From: Rhodospirillaceae bacterium
GTDB taxonomy: Bacteria > Pseudomonadota > Alphaproteobacteria > UBA6615
Reading direction: 5' to 3'
NCBI GenBank assembly: GCA_038117265.1
Contig: JAYOFO010000006.1
Coordinates: 1,696 to 65,695 of the forward strand
Length of the DNA: 64,000 bases
Notes under the pieces: model-generated
Databases searched by the model: none
Told to the model about the DNA's origin: nothing
What the model saw: only the letters and a program-made list of their open reading frames with translations
Shown: one piece after another, positions 40,519-52,206 of the stretch
Layout of the letters: every line of letters starts with the position of its first letter
Numbering within the stretch: the first letter of the stretch is position 1
Translations under genes and position numbers: made by a program

Positions 40519-40980
40519 ATGCGCATTCTGATCGTCGCCGTCGGGCGCGCACGCGAGGGCCCCGAAAAGGCGCTCTACGAACACTATGCCGGGCGGGTGA
40601 CGGCTTGGTCGTTCGAGTTGCGTGAGGTGGATCTCAGAAAGAAGGTCCCGTCGGGGCGCGAACGCGAGGCGGAGGCCGAATTGCTGGTGGGGGCGGTACC
40701 CGACGGTGCGTTCGTGATCGCCCTCGACGAAGGCGGCAAGGCGGTGGCCAGCGAGGAGCTGGCCGGTATGCTGGGCGACCTCCAGGACTCCGGACAGCGC
40801 GATGTGGTGTTCGTCATCGGCGGCGCCCAAGGCCATGGCGGCGCCGTTCGGGCGCGGGCGGACCGCACCGTATCCCTCGGCCGCAACACATGGCCCCACA
40901 TGCTGGTGCGCGGGCTCGTCGCGGAACAGGTATACCGGGCCCAGCAGATTCTCGCGGGTCATCCGTATCACCGTGCGTGA
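40519..40980 (+). CDS. rlmH: 23S rRNA (pseudouridine1915-N3)-methyltransferase
   Basis: 153 aa SPOUT-fold RlmH (MRILIVAVGR...LDEGGK...VFVIGGAQG). SD GGGAGAAGG. Confidence 0.9.
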   Translation: MRILIVAVGRAREGPEKALYEHYAGRVTAWSFELREVDLRKKVPSGREREAEAELLVGAVPDGAFVIALDEGGKAVASEELAGMLGDLQDSGQRDVVFVIGGAQGHGGAVRARADRTVSLGRNTWPHMLVRGLVAEQVYRAQQILAGHPYHRA

Positions 40981-41053
40981 GTCTGGCGGGGCGCGCGAGA
41001 ATCGGGCACAAACGTCGGCGTTCGAACGAAGCATGTGACAGGAAGGGACGCGG

Positions 41054-41695
41054 ATGAACCACCTCATCATCACGCGCCACGGCCAAAGCCAGTGGAACCT
41101 CGAGAACCGGTTCACGGGTTGGGAAGACGTCGATTTGACGCCGGCCGGTGAGGAAGAGGCGCAAAAGGCCGGGGGCCTGATCAAGGACTATCCGATCGAC
41201 GCGGTGTTCTCCTCGACCCTCAAGCGGGCGCGCCGGACCGTCGAGATTGCGTTGCAGGCCGCGGCCGATGCCGGCGCCGACCTGGCGTCGGTGCGCAATG
41301 GCGCCCGCTGGAAGATCTCGGCCCATGACGATCTGCGCGAACGCCACTATGGCGATCTGGTCGGGCTCAACAAGGCCGAGACCGCGGAGAAGTATGGCGA
41401 CGAGCAGGTGCATCTGTGGCGGCGCGGCTTCGAGGTGCGCCCGCCCGGCGGCGAGAGCCTGGCCGATGTGGTCGAACGGGTGCGCCCCTATTACGAGCGC
41501 GAGATCGAGCCCTTGCTGAAGGCCGGAAAGAACGTGCTCGTCTCGGCGCATGGCAACAGCCTGCGGGCGCTCCTGCTCATTCTGGGCGAGTACTCCGCAG
41601 ACGAGATTCCCGGCGTCGAATTGCCGACCGGGCGGCCGCTGGTCTTCGATTTCGAGGATGGCAAGAAACAGAAGAGCTATTATCTCGGCGATTGA
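41054..41695 (+). CDS. gpmA: Histidine-phosphatase-superfamily phosphoglycerate mutase (2,3-BPG-dependent GpmA-like)
   Basis: RHGQSQWN catalytic-His motif at the N-terminus. SAHGNSLRA second His. 213 aa. Confidence 0.85.
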   Translation: MNHLIITRHGQSQWNLENRFTGWEDVDLTPAGEEEAQKAGGLIKDYPIDAVFSSTLKRARRTVEIALQAAADAGADLASVRNGARWKISAHDDLRERHYGDLVGLNKAETAEKYGDEQVHLWRRGFEVRPPGGESLADVVERVRPYYEREIEPLLKAGKNVLVSAHGNSLRALLLILGEYSADEIPGVELPTGRPLVFDFEDGKKQKSYYLGD

Positions 41696-42986
41696 TCGCA
41701 CGGTGGGCGGCAGCTTCGCGGCGGCGTTCGTCCTCGGCGCGGCCGTTCTGACGGCCCTGTCCGTCCCGTCCCATGCCCAGGACGGCCGGCCCGAGGATGT
41801 GGGCAAGCGCCTCGAGAGCGTTCGCGAAGCACTCGATCGCGACCGCGCGGCTTCCGAGACCCTGGCACGTGAAGCCGAAGCGCAGGCGAACGAACTGGCG
41901 GCCTTGCGCGCGGAGTTGCGGGCCGCCGCCCGTGCGGTCCAGTCGCACGAGGCGGCACTCGACGGGCTGGAAGCCGAACTCGCGACGCTGGGTGCGGATG
42001 CCGTCCGCATGCAGGGTGAACTGGAGACCCGCCGTGCGCAGCTGGGCGCGACCCTCGCCGCCCTTCAGCGCCTGTCGCTGCGGCCGACCGCGGCCCTGCT
42101 CGTCAGCCCGGGCGATCCCAACGATGTGGTGCGCAGCGGACTGCTCCTGCGTACCGCCGTGCCCGAGATCGAGGTCCAGGCCCGGCGCCTGCGCGCCGAT
42201 ATCGAGGAATTGGCCGAAGTGCGCCGACAGATCGAGACGCGCCGCGGGGAGTTGCATGCCGCCGCGCTGGACCTCGGTCGCGAGCGTGACCGTCTGTCCG
42301 CGCTGTCGGCCGAGAAGGACCGGGTCCTGAACCAGACCCGACGGGCGCAGTCCGAGGTGGAGGAACGTGCCGCCGTGCTCAGCCGGGAGGCGCGCACCCT
42401 CGAGGAACTCCTGTCACGTTTGCGCGAGAACGCGGCTGCGGTGCCGCGCCCACGCCCGGGTGCGCCCGAGGCCGATTTCGTCAAGCCGACCCTCGCGCCC
42501 TCTGGTCCTTCGATCGCGGCGGCGCGCGGGCAGTTGAGCCCACCCGCCTATGGCACGGTTATCCGGGGCTTCGGGACGCAAACCGAGACCGGCGGTATCA
42601 CGCGCGGCGTCACCTACCGAACGCGCTCCGAGGCGTCGGTCGTGGCCCCGTGGGACGGGCGAATCGCCTTTTCCGGACCGTTCCGGCGCTTCGGGCAAAT
42701 CTTGATCATCGATCATGGCGAGGGATATCATTCTCTGATTGCCGGACTGGGGCGGATCGACGCGCAGGTCGGGCAGTGGGTTCTTGCGGGGGAACCCGTC
42801 GGGCGCGCCGAAGGGAGCGCGGATTCGAAAGCCGATACCGTCAGGGGCAGCGAAAACGGGGGGCAGGCCGGCACGGCCGAAGACCGAGCGGGCGGAGCCA
42901 TTCTCTATGTCGAGCTCCGCCGCAACGGAGAACCGATCAACCCGTTGCCCTGGTTGGCAGCACAGACGAACAGGACACAAGGCTGA
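41658..42986 (+). CDS. Murein hydrolase activator EnvC-like, coiled-coil plus C-terminal M23/LytM domain
   Basis: Signal peptide, long coiled-coil (LAALRAELRAAARAVQSHEAALDGLEAEL...), C-terminal LytM domain (ILIIDHGEGYHSLIAGL). Start uncertain: ATG 41658 overlaps the gpmA 3' end by 38 nt; GTG about 41701 is the alternative. Confidence 0.7.
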   Translation: MARNRRAIISAIDRTVGGSFAAAFVLGAAVLTALSVPSHAQDGRPEDVGKRLESVREALDRDRAASETLAREAEAQANELAALRAELRAAARAVQSHEAALDGLEAELATLGADAVRMQGELETRRAQLGATLAALQRLSLRPTAALLVSPGDPNDVVRSGLLLRTAVPEIEVQARRLRADIEELAEVRRQIETRRGELHAAALDLGRERDRLSALSAEKDRVLNQTRRAQSEVEERAAVLSREARTLEELLSRLRENAAAVPRPRPGAPEADFVKPTLAPSGPSIAAARGQLSPPAYGTVIRGFGTQTETGGITRGVTYRTRSEASVVAPWDGRIAFSGPFRRFGQILIIDHGEGYHSLIAGLGRIDAQVGQWVLAGEPVGRAEGSADSKADTVRGSENGGQAGTAEDRAGGAILYVELRRNGEPINPLPWLAAQTNRTQG

Positions 42987-44254
42987 TGCGTAGACTGATT
43001 TCCGCCGCCGCGTTCGCGACGTTCCTCGCAACGGCGCCCGCCGCCGCGATTGCCGCCGAAACGAACGAGGAGACCTTCCGCCAGCTCGAGCTGTTCGGCG
43101 ACATCTTCGAGCGGGTCCGCTCGCAGTATGTCGACGAGACCGAGGACGGGGACCTGATCGAGGCCGCGATCAACGGCATGCTGCAGCATCTCGATCCCCA
43201 CTCGAGCTATCTGAACGAAGACAATTTTCGCGACATGCAGGTCCAGACCCGTGGCGAATTCGGCGGGCTCGGGATCGAGGTCACCATGGAGCAGGGCTTC
43301 GTGAAGGTGGTTTCGCCGATCGATGACACGCCGGCCGCGCGGGCCGGGATCGAGGCGGGAGACTTCATCACACATCTCGACGGCAAGACGGTTCTCGGCC
43401 TGACCCTGTCCGAGGCGGTGGAGAAGATGCGCGGCCGTGTCGGGTCCGACATCAAGCTGACGATTCGGCGCGAGGGCCGCGAATCGTTCGATGTTTCGGT
43501 CACGCGCGACATCGTGCGCATCCAGTCGGTCCGCAGCCGGGTCGAGGGCAAGGTCGGTTACGTGCGGGTGACCACGTTCAACGAGCAGACCTTCGAGGGC
43601 CTCGAGAAGTCGATGACCGCGCTCAAGCGTGAGCTGGGCGACGAGATGATCGGTGTCGTGCTCGACCTGCGCCGCAATCCGGGCGGATTGCTCGACCAGG
43701 CGGTCAAGGTGTCCGATGCCTTCATGGAGCGCGGCGAGATCGTCTCGACGCGCGGCCGCGACAGCAACGACGTCCAGCGCTTCAATGCAAGGGAAGGCGA
43801 TCTCGCCAACGGTCTGCCGATCGTCGTGCTGATCAACGGCGGCTCGGCTTCGGCGTCCGAAATCGTTGCCGGGGCGCTGCAGGACCACAAGCGGGCCGTG
43901 ATCATGGGAACCCAAAGCTTCGGCAAGGGGTCGGTCCAGACGATCAATCCCATTCCCGGGCATGGCGCGTTGCGGCTGACCACGGCGAAGTATTTCACGC
44001 CCAGTGGCCGTTCGATTCAGCAGACCGGGATCACGCCCGACATTATCGTCGAACAGGCACGGCTGGAGACGGCGGATACGCCGCAGGGCGTGCGCGAGAG
44101 CGATCTGCGCAACGCGCTCGACAACGATGCCGCCGCAGACGAGGCCGAAAACGGTCCGGCGGCGTCGACGGCGGCACCCCAGGACTACCAGCTCCTGCGT
44201 GCGCTCGACCTCCTCAAGGGGATCGCCACCTACAGCGTGCGGGCGACCAACTAG
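42986..44254 (+). CDS. ctpA: Carboxy-terminal processing protease (S41 family)
   Basis: Signal peptide MRRLISAAAFATFLATAPAAAIA. PDZ domain. S41 catalytic Ser-Lys region (GGSASASEIVAGALQD...FGKGSVQ). ATG overlaps the envC stop (TGATG). Confidence 0.9.
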   Translation: MRRLISAAAFATFLATAPAAAIAAETNEETFRQLELFGDIFERVRSQYVDETEDGDLIEAAINGMLQHLDPHSSYLNEDNFRDMQVQTRGEFGGLGIEVTMEQGFVKVVSPIDDTPAARAGIEAGDFITHLDGKTVLGLTLSEAVEKMRGRVGSDIKLTIRREGRESFDVSVTRDIVRIQSVRSRVEGKVGYVRVTTFNEQTFEGLEKSMTALKRELGDEMIGVVLDLRRNPGGLLDQAVKVSDAFMERGEIVSTRGRDSNDVQRFNAREGDLANGLPIVVLINGGSASASEIVAGALQDHKRAVIMGTQSFGKGSVQTINPIPGHGALRLTTAKYFTPSGRSIQQTGITPDIIVEQARLETADTPQGVRESDLRNALDNDAAADEAENGPAASTAAPQDYQLLRALDLLKGIATYSVRATN

Positions 44255-44287
44255 ACCCGACCCGGCGCGGTTCGCTAGTTTGCCCGC

Positions 44288-45577
44288 ATGAGCGAGTTGG
44301 ACGCGGAGAGAAAAACCCGATTCGGTGGGCGAGCGATGCTGCCTTCCGTTCTGGCCGGCGTGTTGTTCCTGGTGCTGGCAGGTCTTCTGGCGCTGACCTA
44401 TGTCGGCCTGACGAAGGAGCCGATGCTACCGGAAATGGCGGCTGCGGAAAGCGATGCCTCGGCGGATGGGAAGGCACCCGCCCTGCCGGCGACACCGGCC
44501 GAGCCCATGGCCCGCGAAGCCGCACCTCCCCAGGATGCCGCACCGCCGGCAGTAGAGCCGCCTGCCGGGCACGGTGATGCCGGGGAATCTGCCGCGGAGC
44601 CGCGGCACGGCACGGCGTCCGAGGCGTTCGAACAGATGGCCGCGCCGCCGCAGGCACCGGAAACCGCCGCCGCAGCGACCGAGGCACCTCCGCATCCTCT
44701 CGTCGCGAACGAGCCTCCGCCGCCGCCGGCGCCACCCGTGGCACCGCCCGTGGCGTCGTCCGGCCATGGTCTGGCGCCGGCCCCGGATCCGGCGCTGGTG
44801 GAGACCTCGCCGCTCGGGCCGTTGCCGCGTATCGGCCCCAACGGCCGCGAACCGTGGCGCGTGTATGCGCGGCCGTTCGATGTTCGCGATTCGCGCCCGC
44901 GCGTTGCCGTGATCCTGAGCGGTCTCGGGCTGTCGAGCGCGGCCACCGAGGCCGCGATCCAGGGGCTTCCGGGCGAGGTGACGCTCGCCTTCCAGCCCTA
45001 CGCCGACATCGTTCAGCAATGGATTGGCCTCGCGCGTGCCGCGGGCCACGAAGTCCTCCTCAACCTGCCGATGGAACCGGTCGACTTTCCCGAGAGCGAT
45101 CCCGGGCGGCGCGCCCTGTTCGTGACCCTCTCGCCCGACGAGAACGAGGAGCGCCTGCGCTGGGCGCTGTCGCGCGTCAGCGGCTATGTGGGCGTGGTGA
45201 ACCATATGGGGTCGCGATTCACGACCGTGCGCGACGCGATGCAGCCGGTGCTGGCCGAGTTGAAGGCGCGTGGTCTCCTGTTCGTCGATGCGCGAGCCGC
45301 GGCCCACAGCGTGGCGACGGTCATGGCATCGCAGATGCAGGTGCCGCGGGCGATCAACGACCGGTTCCTCGACGACCGCGAGGTCTCGCGCGCGACGGTC
45401 GACGCGCGCCTCGCCGAGATCGAACGGATCGCCAAGGAGGCGGGCGTCTCCATCGCGATCGGCCAGGGGTTCCCGGTGACGATCGAGCGGTTGCGTGCCT
45501 GGACCGAAACGCTGGATGCCAAGGGGCTGGCGCTGGCCCCGGTTTCTGCGGTGGTCGGCAAGCAGGCCGACCGTTGA
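44288..45577 (+). CDS. Divergent polysaccharide deacetylase (YibQ-like) with N-terminal TM helix and Pro/Ala-rich linker
   Basis: TM helix MLPSVLAGVLFLVLAGLLAL. Low-complexity PA-rich linker. C-terminal YibQ-type NodB-like domain (VAVILSGLG...VGVVNHMGSRFT). Confidence 0.7.
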   Translation: MSELDAERKTRFGGRAMLPSVLAGVLFLVLAGLLALTYVGLTKEPMLPEMAAAESDASADGKAPALPATPAEPMAREAAPPQDAAPPAVEPPAGHGDAGESAAEPRHGTASEAFEQMAAPPQAPETAAAATEAPPHPLVANEPPPPPAPPVAPPVASSGHGLAPAPDPALVETSPLGPLPRIGPNGREPWRVYARPFDVRDSRPRVAVILSGLGLSSAATEAAIQGLPGEVTLAFQPYADIVQQWIGLARAAGHEVLLNLPMEPVDFPESDPGRRALFVTLSPDENEERLRWALSRVSGYVGVVNHMGSRFTTVRDAMQPVLAELKARGLLFVDARAAAHSVATVMASQMQVPRAINDRFLDDREVSRATVDARLAEIERIAKEAGVSIAIGQGFPVTIERLRAWTETLDAKGLALAPVSAVVGKQADR

Positions 45578-46089
45578 ATGCCCCCATCGCCTCGGATGCC
45601 GACGCCGCTCATTACCGGCGGTGTGCGGGCGTCGTCCTTTTCAATGCGCAAGGCCGGGTCTGGGTCGGCGAACGCAACGACATGCCGGGCTCCTGGCAAT
45701 TGCCGCAGGGCGGCATCGACGAGGGCGAATCGCCCCGGGACGCCGCGCTGCGTGAGCTTCGCGAGGAAACCGGAGTTCGCCGGGTCGCATTCATCGCGGA
45801 AGCGCCGCACTGGCTCAAATACGATCTGCCCGAGGATCTGCGGGGCGGCCGGTGGAAGGGGCGCTGGCGGGGCCAGATGCAGAAATGGTTCGCCTTTCGC
45901 CATCTCGGCGACGACGACGAGATCGACGTGCTGGGCGTCGCCGATCCCGAGTTCGAACGCTGGCAGTGGGTGGAGCTGGACGCGCTTCCGGACCTGATCA
46001 TCGCGTTCAAGCGTCCCGTCTACATGGCACTCGTCGAGGCGTTCCACCCGGCGATCGCGAAGCCGGGAAATTCCGGGAAAACGGGCTGA
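45574..46089 (+). CDS. rppH: Nudix hydrolase, RNA pyrophosphohydrolase RppH-like
   Basis: Nudix box GGIDEGESPRDAALRELREETGV. Colinear with RppH (YRRCAGVVLFNAQGRVWVGER...). Probable TTG start overlapping the yibQ stop (TTGA). Upstream 240 aa of ORF-track 44854..46089 are read-through. Confidence 0.7.
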   Translation: MNAPIASDADAAHYRRCAGVVLFNAQGRVWVGERNDMPGSWQLPQGGIDEGESPRDAALRELREETGVRRVAFIAEAPHWLKYDLPEDLRGGRWKGRWRGQMQKWFAFRHLGDDDEIDVLGVADPEFERWQWVELDALPDLIIAFKRPVYMALVEAFHPAIAKPGNSGKTG

Positions 46090-46092
46090 CGC

Positions 46093-46923
46093 TCAGGCGG
46101 TGACGACGTCGTCGCGTCCCGTGCGGAGGTTCAGGAACCAGCAAGCTGCGCGGGCGATCCAGTTGGCAATCCGGCTGTGCGGTGCGAACCCGATCGCCTT
46201 GAAGATCAGGGTGACCGCACGCTCGACATGGTGGGTCTCGTAGAAGCCGTACGCGCGCGACATATAGGCCCGGATGCACCGCTTGCGGTCGTAGGGTTCG
46301 CCCTTGTTGTTCGCCGCGTAATAGGCATACGCGAGTTCGTCGTCCTCGCTCTCGCCGATCCGTCCGATTCCCACCATCAGGCGCTTGATCTTGCCGAGCT
46401 GCTCGATGTCCCGGTAGCGCTCCATGTGGGTGTAGAACAGCTTGTAGTGGCGGATTTCGTCCTGGGCGATGCGCCGGCAGATGGCGCGCAGCACCGGCTC
46501 GTCGGTCGCCTCGCGCAGTGCGGTGTAGTAGGACGAGGTGCCCACCTCGACCATGCAACGCGCCACGAGTTCGCCGCAGCGCGTACCGCGCACCGATTCC
46601 TCGGCCGCGACGGGCAGCTGGATCTTCCGCGAGAAGTCGGCGAACCGGGCTTCGAAGTCGAATTCGGGATCGGCCATCCGGGCCCAGCGCGACAGCGCAA
46701 GGCCGTGCTGAATCTCTTCCTGCGCCCAGCGCCGGGCGGCATCCTGGAACTCCGGATCGTCCTTGAACACGTTGCACAGGTACTCGGCGTAGATGCCGCC
46801 ATTGTACTCGACCATGGCAGCCGCCTTGACGATGCGCAGCATATCCGGATCGATCTTCGCCGGGTCGAATTCGCCCCAGGGAATGTCGTCCAGGTTCCAG
46901 TGCCTGTTTGTTTGTTCGTTCAT
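46093..46923 (-). CDS. Ferritin-like di-iron-carboxylate protein (rubrerythrin / COQ7 / MiaE-like fold), function unknown
   Basis: 276 aa with two E...ExxH half-sites (EYNGGIYAEYL...QEEIQHG and ...AQDEIRHYKLF). Confidence 0.6.
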   Translation of the reverse strand: MNEQTNRHWNLDDIPWGEFDPAKIDPDMLRIVKAAAMVEYNGGIYAEYLCNVFKDDPEFQDAARRWAQEEIQHGLALSRWARMADPEFDFEARFADFSRKIQLPVAAEESVRGTRCGELVARCMVEVGTSSYYTALREATDEPVLRAICRRIAQDEIRHYKLFYTHMERYRDIEQLGKIKRLMVGIGRIGESEDDELAYAYYAANNKGEPYDRKRCIRAYMSRAYGFYETHHVERAVTLIFKAIGFAPHSRIANWIARAACWFLNLRTGRDDVVTA

Positions 46924-47040
46924 CGCTCTGCGTTCAACGAAGCTCGTTCGAGTCCGTCGCCCCCCGACGCCCTAATATATAGGGCGTTCGCCCGCGGGGT
47001 CAAAGTTCCGCGCGCGGGGATGCTGCATCGCGAAAGAAAA

Positions 47041-47463
47041 CTACTGGTAGACGAGCTGATCCAGCGAGGCGAGCTTCGCGCGGGCGATTTCGGCGCGGGC
47101 CTCGGCGGCGCTCCGCGCCGCTTCGTTGTCGCCTGCGTCACGGATGTCCTCGTTGGCATCCTGCAGGGTCTGCTCGACGGCCGCGCGGTCGATGTCCTCA
47201 AGCGCGACGGCCTCCTCGGCCAGCACCGTGCAGCGCTCGCCGGTGACTTCGGCGAATCCGCCCGCCACGAATATGCGGGACTTCACCGCATTGCCCTCGA
47301 AGATGTGGATAACACCGGGGCGCACGGTCGAGATCAGCGGCGAGTGCCCGTGGATGACGCCGAAGTCGCCCTCGGCGCCTGGCACCACGACCATCTCGAC
47401 CTGCTCGGAGAGGAGGAGCCGTTCGGGCGAGACGAGTTCGAACTGGACCGGATTATCCGCCAC
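47041..47463 (-). CDS. atpC: F0F1 ATP synthase subunit epsilon
   Basis: GTG start (VADNPVQFELVSPERLL...). Beta-sandwich plus C-terminal helical hairpin. 140 aa. Preceding ORF-track N-terminus is noise. Confidence 0.85.
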   Translation of the reverse strand: MADNPVQFELVSPERLLLSEQVEMVVVPGAEGDFGVIHGHSPLISTVRPGVIHIFEGNAVKSRIFVAGGFAEVTGERCTVLAEEAVALEDIDRAAVEQTLQDANEDIRDAGDNEAARSAAEARAEIARAKLASLDQLVYQ

Positions 47464-47476
47464 GCGCGTTCTCCCG

Positions 47477-48931
<1,455 letters not shown>

Positions 48932-49834
48932 CTAGAGCGCTTCCGCGCCGGAGATGATCTCGATCAGTTCGGTGGTGATGGCCGCCTGGCGCGTGCGGTT
49001 GTACTGGATCGACAGCCTGTCGATCATGTCACCGGCGTTGCGCGTGGCGTTGTCCATCGCGGTCATGCGCGCGCCCTGCTCGGACGCGAAGGATTCGTTC
49101 ATCGCCCGAAACACCTGGATCGACAGGTTGCGCGGCAGCAGGTCCGCCAGAATCTCCTGCTCGTCGGGCTCGTATTCATAGCTGGCGACCGGGCCGTCCG
49201 TGGTCGCCTCGGCCTCGTCTGCCGCATCCTCAACCTCGGGCAGGGCAAACGGGATGAGCTGGAGCGGCGTGACCTCCTGGGTCAGCGCCGAGACGAACTT
49301 GTTGTAGACGATCGTGCAGACATCGCACTCGCCGGCCTCGAACATGGCACGGGCGCGTGCGGCAATGTCGACCGCCGTCTCGAAGGTCGGCGAGGGCCGC
49401 GCGGTGTCTTCCAGGGTGTCGACGATGATGTTGCCGAACTCCCGGCGGAGGATGCCGCGGCCCTTCCGGCCGACGATCAGAAGCTTGACCTCCTTGCCGT
49501 CAGCCCGCAGCGCATGGATGCGCTGGCGCGTCCAGCGGGCGACCGAGCCGTTGAAGCCGCCGCACAGGCCGCGGTCGGTGGTCATCACGACAATCAGGTG
49601 CACATCGTCCTTGCCGCTGCCTGCAAGCAGGGGTGGGGCCGTGCCGCTGGCGGCGGCACTCTGCGCCAGCGAGCCGAGCATCCGCTCCATCCGCTCCGCA
49701 TAGGGCCGCGAGGCCTCGGCCTCTTCCTGGGCACGGCGCAGCTTTGCAGCCGCAACCATCTTCATGGCCGAGGTGATGCGCTGGGTCGACTTGACCGAAC
49801 TGATGCGGACGCGGAGGTCCTTGAGGCTCGCCAT
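48932..49834 (-). CDS. atpG: F0F1 ATP synthase subunit gamma
   Basis: 300 aa, [36 protein letters not shown] canonical gamma N-terminus. Confidence 0.95.
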   Translation of the reverse strand: MASLKDLRVRISSVKSTQRITSAMKMVAAAKLRRAQEEAEASRPYAERMERMLGSLAQSAAASGTAPPLLAGSGKDDVHLIVVMTTDRGLCGGFNGSVARWTRQRIHALRADGKEVKLLIVGRKGRGILRREFGNIIVDTLEDTARPSPTFETAVDIAARARAMFEAGECDVCTIVYNKFVSALTQEVTPLQLIPFALPEVEDAADEAEATTDGPVASYEYEPDEQEILADLLPRNLSIQVFRAMNESFASEQGARMTAMDNATRNAGDMIDRLSIQYNRTRQAAITTELIEIISGAEAL

Positions 49835-49858
49835 CGTCTGTTCGCTGTTCCGCTGCGG

Positions 49859-51391
<1,533 letters not shown>

Positions 51392-51394
51392 CCT

Positions 51395-51952
51395 CTACGC
51401 TCCCTTCATGGCGTATTGCAGCCGCTGAAGCTTGGTTTTCAGCGATGCGTCGATCATGCGCGAGCCGACGCGGACCATCAGGCCGCCGATCAGCGACGGG
51501 TCCACCTTCGGGTCAACGGTCACCTTGCCGCCGAGCTTCGCACGCAAACTTTCGGTGAGTTGTGCCAGTTGCTCGTCCTTGAGCGGGCGTGCCGAGGTGA
51601 CCTCGGCGGTGATCTCGCCGCGCCGGCGGGCGAGTTCGGCCAGGTAGGCATCGATCATGGCCGGCAAGGCGAACAGCCGGTTGTTCGCGACGACGACGCC
51701 GGCAAACCGGCGCGTCAGTGCGTTGGCACCGCCCTGTTCGAGAATTCGGGTGATCGCCCGGGCCTTGTCGTCGCGGTCGATCAGGGGCGAGCGCAGCAGC
51801 TTGTCGAGGTCTGCGCTCTCCGCGATGAGGCCGCGCAGCGACGTCAGATCGTCTGCGACCTCGTCGAGGCTCTTCGCCTCGTCCGCGAGTTCATAAAGCG
51901 CCAGCCCGTACCGCTCTGCGATATCGCCGACAACACTTGTTTCCGTCGCCAC
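51395..51952 (-). CDS. atpH: F0F1 ATP synthase subunit delta (OSCP)
   Basis: 185 aa OSCP-family. First gene of the atpHAGDC operon. AT-rich promoter region upstream (51960-52040). Confidence 0.9.
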   Translation of the reverse strand: MATETSVVGDIAERYGLALYELADEAKSLDEVADDLTSLRGLIAESADLDKLLRSPLIDRDDKARAITRILEQGGANALTRRFAGVVVANNRLFALPAMIDAYLAELARRRGEITAEVTSARPLKDEQLAQLTESLRAKLGGKVTVDPKVDPSLIGGLMVRVGSRMIDASLKTKLQRLQYAMKGA

Positions 51953-52206
51953 TTTGCGACTGCCCCCCTGGAGCCGGATTATGTTTGCGCGATTTGTTGT
52001 AACCGTTTGATTTATTTAAGCAATCAACGGCTGCCGATCATCTCGGAGAATCCGATCCGACAAGCAGGCGCTTGGTAGCACAGGGCTTGGGGAGTGGCAA
52101 GCGCACCGCAGCGCAAAAAACACGAGCAAACCGCCGGTTTCGGCCCGTCCCGATACGGCGGCGATTCGTCGCGACGGCGTCGTACCACACGCTGAAAGAC
52201 AGCGCG

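Noticed and set aside
52100-52145. Possible rho-independent terminator downstream of priA (AAACCGGCGGTTT hairpin followed by a T-run on the minus strand)
   Set aside because: Stem is short and AT-rich and my pairing is not clean. Could equally be part of the atpH promoter region. Left uncalled.
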